64,000 nucleotides of DNA from assembly GCA_041690395.1 (NCBI GenBank), contig JAWLHJ010000005.1:1-64000 (forward strand). The letters are read 5' to 3'. This document shows positions 60,380-64,000 of the stretch, piece after piece. A model generated the notes under the pieces. The model was not told where the DNA came from. It saw only the letters and a list, made by a program, of their open reading frames with translations, and made no database searches. Numbering within the stretch: position 1 is the first letter of the stretch; every line of letters begins with the position of its first letter. The DNA comes from Longimicrobiales bacterium (GTDB lineage: Bacteria > Gemmatimonadota > Gemmatimonadetes > Longimicrobiales > Gaopeijiaceae). The position numbers and the translations under genes are program-made.

Positions 60380-61849
60380 CTAAGGGGCGGTCCGCACGCC
60401 GTCCGTTGCGTCCCGCGGGTCGGACGGGAGGGTCACCTGGAACGACGCGCCCCCTCCGGCCGGCTCCTCGAGCAGGGTGATCCGGCCGCCGTGCAACAGC
60501 ACCGTCTCGCGAGCAATGGCGAGCCCGAGTCCGGTGCCGGGTGCTTCGGTCGAGCCCCGGTAGTACTTGCGGAAGACGAGATCGCGTTCTTCATCGGGGA
60601 TCCCCGGGCCGGAGTCCGTGACCGTGAAGGAGGCCCCGTGCTCGGTAGGTCCGACGCTCAGCACCACGGACCCTCCCTCCGGTGTGTGGCGGAGCGCGTT
60701 CGAGACCAGGTTTCCGAGGACCTCGTCCCGGATGAGGTCGAGATCCATGACGAGGGTCTCCGGCGTGTCCGGCTCGACGGTGGCGTCGAGCGTCACCGAT
60801 CGTTGGCGGGCCAGGATCTCGAAGGCACGCAGGACGCCTGTGACGAGATCCTGTACGAACACGGTGTCGAGCTGAACCCGGTAGGCGCCGGCTTCGAGGC
60901 GACTCAGGTCCATGAGCCGATCGACGAGGCGCGCCATGACGCGGGCCTGCTCGGCTATGCCGTCCACCATGCGGCCGTACTCCTCGGGCGCGGCCTCTCC
61001 GAACTCTTCCTGGATCAGCTCGGCGTATCCGTGGATCGCGTTGATGGGGGTCTTGAGCTCATGGCTCGCGACGCCGATGAACTCGGCCTTGAGTCGGTCG
61101 AGGTCCGCCAAACGCTCGGACATGACGAGGAACGATCGCGTGAGGTCCCCGATCTCGTCCCTTCGGTCCGCCGGGAGATGCCCGGAAGGCTCGAAGTCAC
61201 CGTCCGCGACCCGTGCCATCGCCCGTCCCAGATGCCGGAGCGGGTTGGTCAGAGCGCCGGACGCCCAGGTCGCGACGCCGGTGGCGATGAGCAGCGCCAG
61301 CACCATGCCCAGGAGGGTCGCCTGCCGGGACGACGCGCTCAGCGTCTCCGCGCGCTGGAGGTCACGCCGGGCCACCGCGCCGATGGAGTCGGCCACGGCG
61401 CCCAGGGCGCGGTCCGTCCGGTCGAGCGTCCGGTCGAGCCCGAGGAACAGCTCGGTCGCGGTGTCGACGCGGCCGCTCGGCATGGCTTCGCTGATTGCGG
61501 CGGCCGTGGTCGTCAGCTCGGAAAGCAGAGGGGTCAGCGCCTCGGCGGATGCCGTGTACGGTGGTCCCGAGAGGCGACCGTGCTCCTGAACGATCGTGTC
61601 GAGCGCGCGCTCGGCCTCGCGGGCCAGGGCCTCGTCACCCGTCGCGACATAGCTGCGGGCGAAGCGGTCGAGGTCGGCCAGCGAAGTCCTCATGGCGCCC
61701 AGGCTCACGAGCGCCTCCGCATGGCGCGCGCGCCCCTCGACGGCGAGCTCCTCGAGCTCGGCGAGCCGGTTCGCGGCGAACAGCGCGGGAAGGAGGACGA
61801 TCGCGATGGCCGCCCCGCATCCGGCCAGAAGCCTGGAGCGGAGTGTCAT
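60380..61849 (-). CDS. HAMP sensor histidine kinase
   Basis: Two TM helices, DEIGDL, SHELKTP, GTGLGL. Confidence 0.92.
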   Translation of the reverse strand: MTLRSRLLAGCGAAIAIVLLPALFAANRLAELEELAVEGRARHAEALVSLGAMRTSLADLDRFARSYVATGDEALAREAERALDTIVQEHGRLSGPPYTASAEALTPLLSELTTTAAAISEAMPSGRVDTATELFLGLDRTLDRTDRALGAVADSIGAVARRDLQRAETLSASSRQATLLGMVLALLIATGVATWASGALTNPLRHLGRAMARVADGDFEPSGHLPADRRDEIGDLTRSFLVMSERLADLDRLKAEFIGVASHELKTPINAIHGYAELIQEEFGEAAPEEYGRMVDGIAEQARVMARLVDRLMDLSRLEAGAYRVQLDTVFVQDLVTGVLRAFEILARQRSVTLDATVEPDTPETLVMDLDLIRDEVLGNLVSNALRHTPEGGSVVLSVGPTEHGASFTVTDSGPGIPDEERDLVFRKYYRGSTEAPGTGLGLAIARETVLLHGGRITLLEEPAGGGASFQVTLPSDPRDATDGVRTAP

Positions 61850-62526
61850 GGGCGGGGGTCGACGCCCCCGCGAAGGAGCTGGCGTATGCGCTCGAGCTCC
61901 TGCTCGAGGGCCTGCGCGCGCTCCTCGGCCTCCGCTGACCTGGCCCGGAGGGCCGCGATCGAGTCGTTCCGCATCGCGAGGCTGTCGCCGAGTGCGCTCA
62001 ATCGATCGATGGTCGACGGGGTGGTGGCGGGCGGGAGCGTGCCCGTCCGGCCGCTGGCCGGGGCCTCGCAAGCCATGTCGTACGGCTCCGAGGGCACCGA
62101 GGCGCCCCGGTCGAGCGCCAGAAGGTAGAGGGACCGGGCCAGCGCCGCGTCCGGCTCCCCGGCGGGCGAGTGGATGAGAAGCCGCGCCGTCAGGGCCGCG
62201 GCCGTCGTCGGGACCCCGTCCGGGTTCGACGGGTCGAGCTCCGCGGATGCCCGGAGCAGGGCCGCCTGCCGCTCGACCGGCAGGTTCAGGCATCCCGCGG
62301 TGAGCGGCGCGAGACGCTCCCGTGCCGAGACGAAGTCGCCGGCGTCCAGGGCGGCGGCCCCGGCCCGGAGCTCGGCCTCGGGGCTGGGGCCCCGCTCCGT
62401 CGGGTGGGTGACCTGGCGGAGCGTGGTGCACCCGGACAGAGCGGTGACTCCGACGACGGCCAGCAGGCCGACAGTCCAGCCCATGGGGCGCCGCGATGGG
62501 GCGGCGCTCGCGGAAGAAGGGCTCAT
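61846..62526 (-). CDS. Lipoprotein with C-terminal coiled coil
   Basis: LSGC lipobox; AQALEQELERIRQLL. Confidence 0.7.
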   Translation of the reverse strand: MSPSSASAAPSRRPMGWTVGLLAVVGVTALSGCTTLRQVTHPTERGPSPEAELRAGAAALDAGDFVSARERLAPLTAGCLNLPVERQAALLRASAELDPSNPDGVPTTAAALTARLLIHSPAGEPDAALARSLYLLALDRGASVPSEPYDMACEAPASGRTGTLPPATTPSTIDRLSALGDSLAMRNDSIAALRARSAEAEERAQALEQELERIRQLLRGGVDPRP

Positions 62527-63623
62527 GCGGTGCTCGACGCGTGGGACGGCGGCCTCGTCGCGCTCGGAGCGGCGGCATCCCGGTCCGCCTCACGCGCTTC
62601 GGCGAGTCCCGCTCGGAATGCCTCGACGACCTGCGGATCGAAGCGCTCGCCGGACCCGCGGCCGATGTCGTCCAATGCCGCCTCCACCGTCCATGCCTCC
62701 TTGTACGGCCGGGGGTGGGTCAGGGCGTCGAAGGTGTCGGCCACGGCCACGATCCTCCCCGACAGCGGGATCTCCTCACCGGCCAGCCCCTCCGGATAGC
62801 CGCGCCCGTCCCACCGCTCGTGGTGGCTCATGGCGATCTCGGCCGCCAGCTTCAGAAGGGGGACGTCCGATCCGGACAGGATGTCGGCGCCGATGGCACA
62901 GTGCGTCTTCATGACCTCGAACTCGGCCGGACTCAGGGGGCCGTCGTTGAGCAGGATGCCGTCCGGAACGCCGATCTTCCCGACATCGTGGAGGGGCGCG
63001 GCGAGACGCATCATCTCGATGTCGGCGGCCGACCATCCGAGCATGGCCGCCACGCGCGCGGCGGACCTGCCTACCCGCCGGGTGTGCTGCCCCGTCGCGT
63101 CGTCGCGGTATTCGGCCGCGCGGGCGAGCCGCTGCAACGTCTGGAGCCGCGCGTCCTCGAGCTCCAGCGTGCGCGCCCGGACCCTGCGCTCGAGCTCGGC
63201 GTTCTGACCCCTGAGCTCCTGGTACAGCATCCGGGTCTCGAGGAGATTCCGGACCCGGGACCTGACCTCGGAAGGGCTGAGGGGCTTGGTGAGGTAGTCA
63301 CGGGCCCCGGCGCTGAGCGCCCGGCGTTTCGCGTCGCGCGTGTTGTCCGAGGTGAGGACGAGCACGGGAAGGTACTGGTCGTTCGGCGTCGCCTCGCGGA
63401 TGACCTCGAGGACTTCGTGTCCGTCCATGCCGGGCATGAGGAGGTCGAGGAGGACCAGGTCCGGCTCGAAGTCACGAAGCAGCGGCGCGACCTGGCGTGG
63501 GTCCCGGGTATCGTGGACCGTGGCGTAGCCGGCGGGCTCGAGAATGCGACGGAGGAGGTCGACGTTCGAAGCCTCGTCGTCCACGATCAGGATACGGGCA
63601 CGACGGATCTTTTCGTCCAGCAC
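62523..63623 (-). CDS. REC + HD-GYP cyclic di-GMP phosphodiesterase (RpfG-like)
   Basis: HDVGK, HHERWDGRGYP, RPYK. Confidence 0.93.
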   Translation of the reverse strand: MLDEKIRRARILIVDDEASNVDLLRRILEPAGYATVHDTRDPRQVAPLLRDFEPDLVLLDLLMPGMDGHEVLEVIREATPNDQYLPVLVLTSDNTRDAKRRALSAGARDYLTKPLSPSEVRSRVRNLLETRMLYQELRGQNAELERRVRARTLELEDARLQTLQRLARAAEYRDDATGQHTRRVGRSAARVAAMLGWSAADIEMMRLAAPLHDVGKIGVPDGILLNDGPLSPAEFEVMKTHCAIGADILSGSDVPLLKLAAEIAMSHHERWDGRGYPEGLAGEEIPLSGRIVAVADTFDALTHPRPYKEAWTVEAALDDIGRGSGERFDPQVVEAFRAGLAEAREADRDAAAPSATRPPSHASSTA

Positions 63624-63713
63624 GGAGATGTTCGGCGGGTCGCGAGGAGAAGGGATGCGACACCCCCCCTTGTCGCAAGAAACGTACCTCCCTCTACATC
63701 CCTGGGCGACGCC

Positions 63714-64000
63714 CTATGCGATCCAGCGCTCGTCTCTCCGGTCGACGCTCGTCGGACGACCCTCGATCTGCTCGAGGTCCAGTACGGCTTCCCCCTCCCC
63801 GCCACGGTACCGCACACCGAGGCCCCGCCCGGCCAGCAGCCTGGCCATCGCCCGGTTCTCCCCGGAGACGTGGAACGTGAGGCGCCTCACACCGTCGGCG
63901 TGGGCGTCGTCGACCACCGCGTCGAGGAGCGTGCTCCCCAGCCCCCGCCCCTGCACGCTGTCGGCCACGACGAGCGCGACGTCGTACGAGCCTTTTTCCC
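63714..64000 (-). CDS. GNAT acetyltransferase, 5'-truncated by the window
   Basis: VADSVQGRGLG motif A, ENRAM. Confidence 0.8.
   Translation of the reverse strand, partial: EKGSYDVALVVADSVQGRGLGSTLLDAVVDDAHADGVRRLTFHVSGENRAMARLLAGRGLGVRYRGGEGEAVLDLEQIEGRPTSVDRRDERWIA

Noticed and set aside
61850..62593. N-terminal extension of the HAMP kinase ORF
   Set aside because: Overlaps the lipoprotein gene; the kinase start at 61849 is coupled to its stop.

Overview
This is a GC-rich bacterial chromosomal segment; gene content and style suggest Gemmatimonadota (an inference). About 55 genes are tightly packed. They include an Mla/PqiC-type ABC system, two ECF sigma/zinc anti-sigma pairs, an iodotyrosine-deiodinase-like nitroreductase followed by a glutamate-cysteine-ligase-like/CBS fusion and an AstE/AspA-type deacylase, gpmI, an M16 peptidase pair, holA, mutS, cystathionine beta-synthase, ddl, an ArsR-led RND efflux operon, ClpP, a serpin, an EF-G paralog, sdhCAB, ppsA and a long signalling operon. 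No rRNA, tRNA, CRISPR array or transposase was seen. The most unusual feature is a 278-bp non-coding element present twice in opposite orientation (10478-10755 and 26056-26333). The 212-bp cores are about 96% identical. The 33-bp terminal inverted repeats differ at 10 positions between copies, and every change is compensated within each copy. The core folds into two homologous, oppositely oriented structured modules. Many long ORFs in the supplied track are antisense or off-frame shadows, and several start codons were re-assigned by eye.
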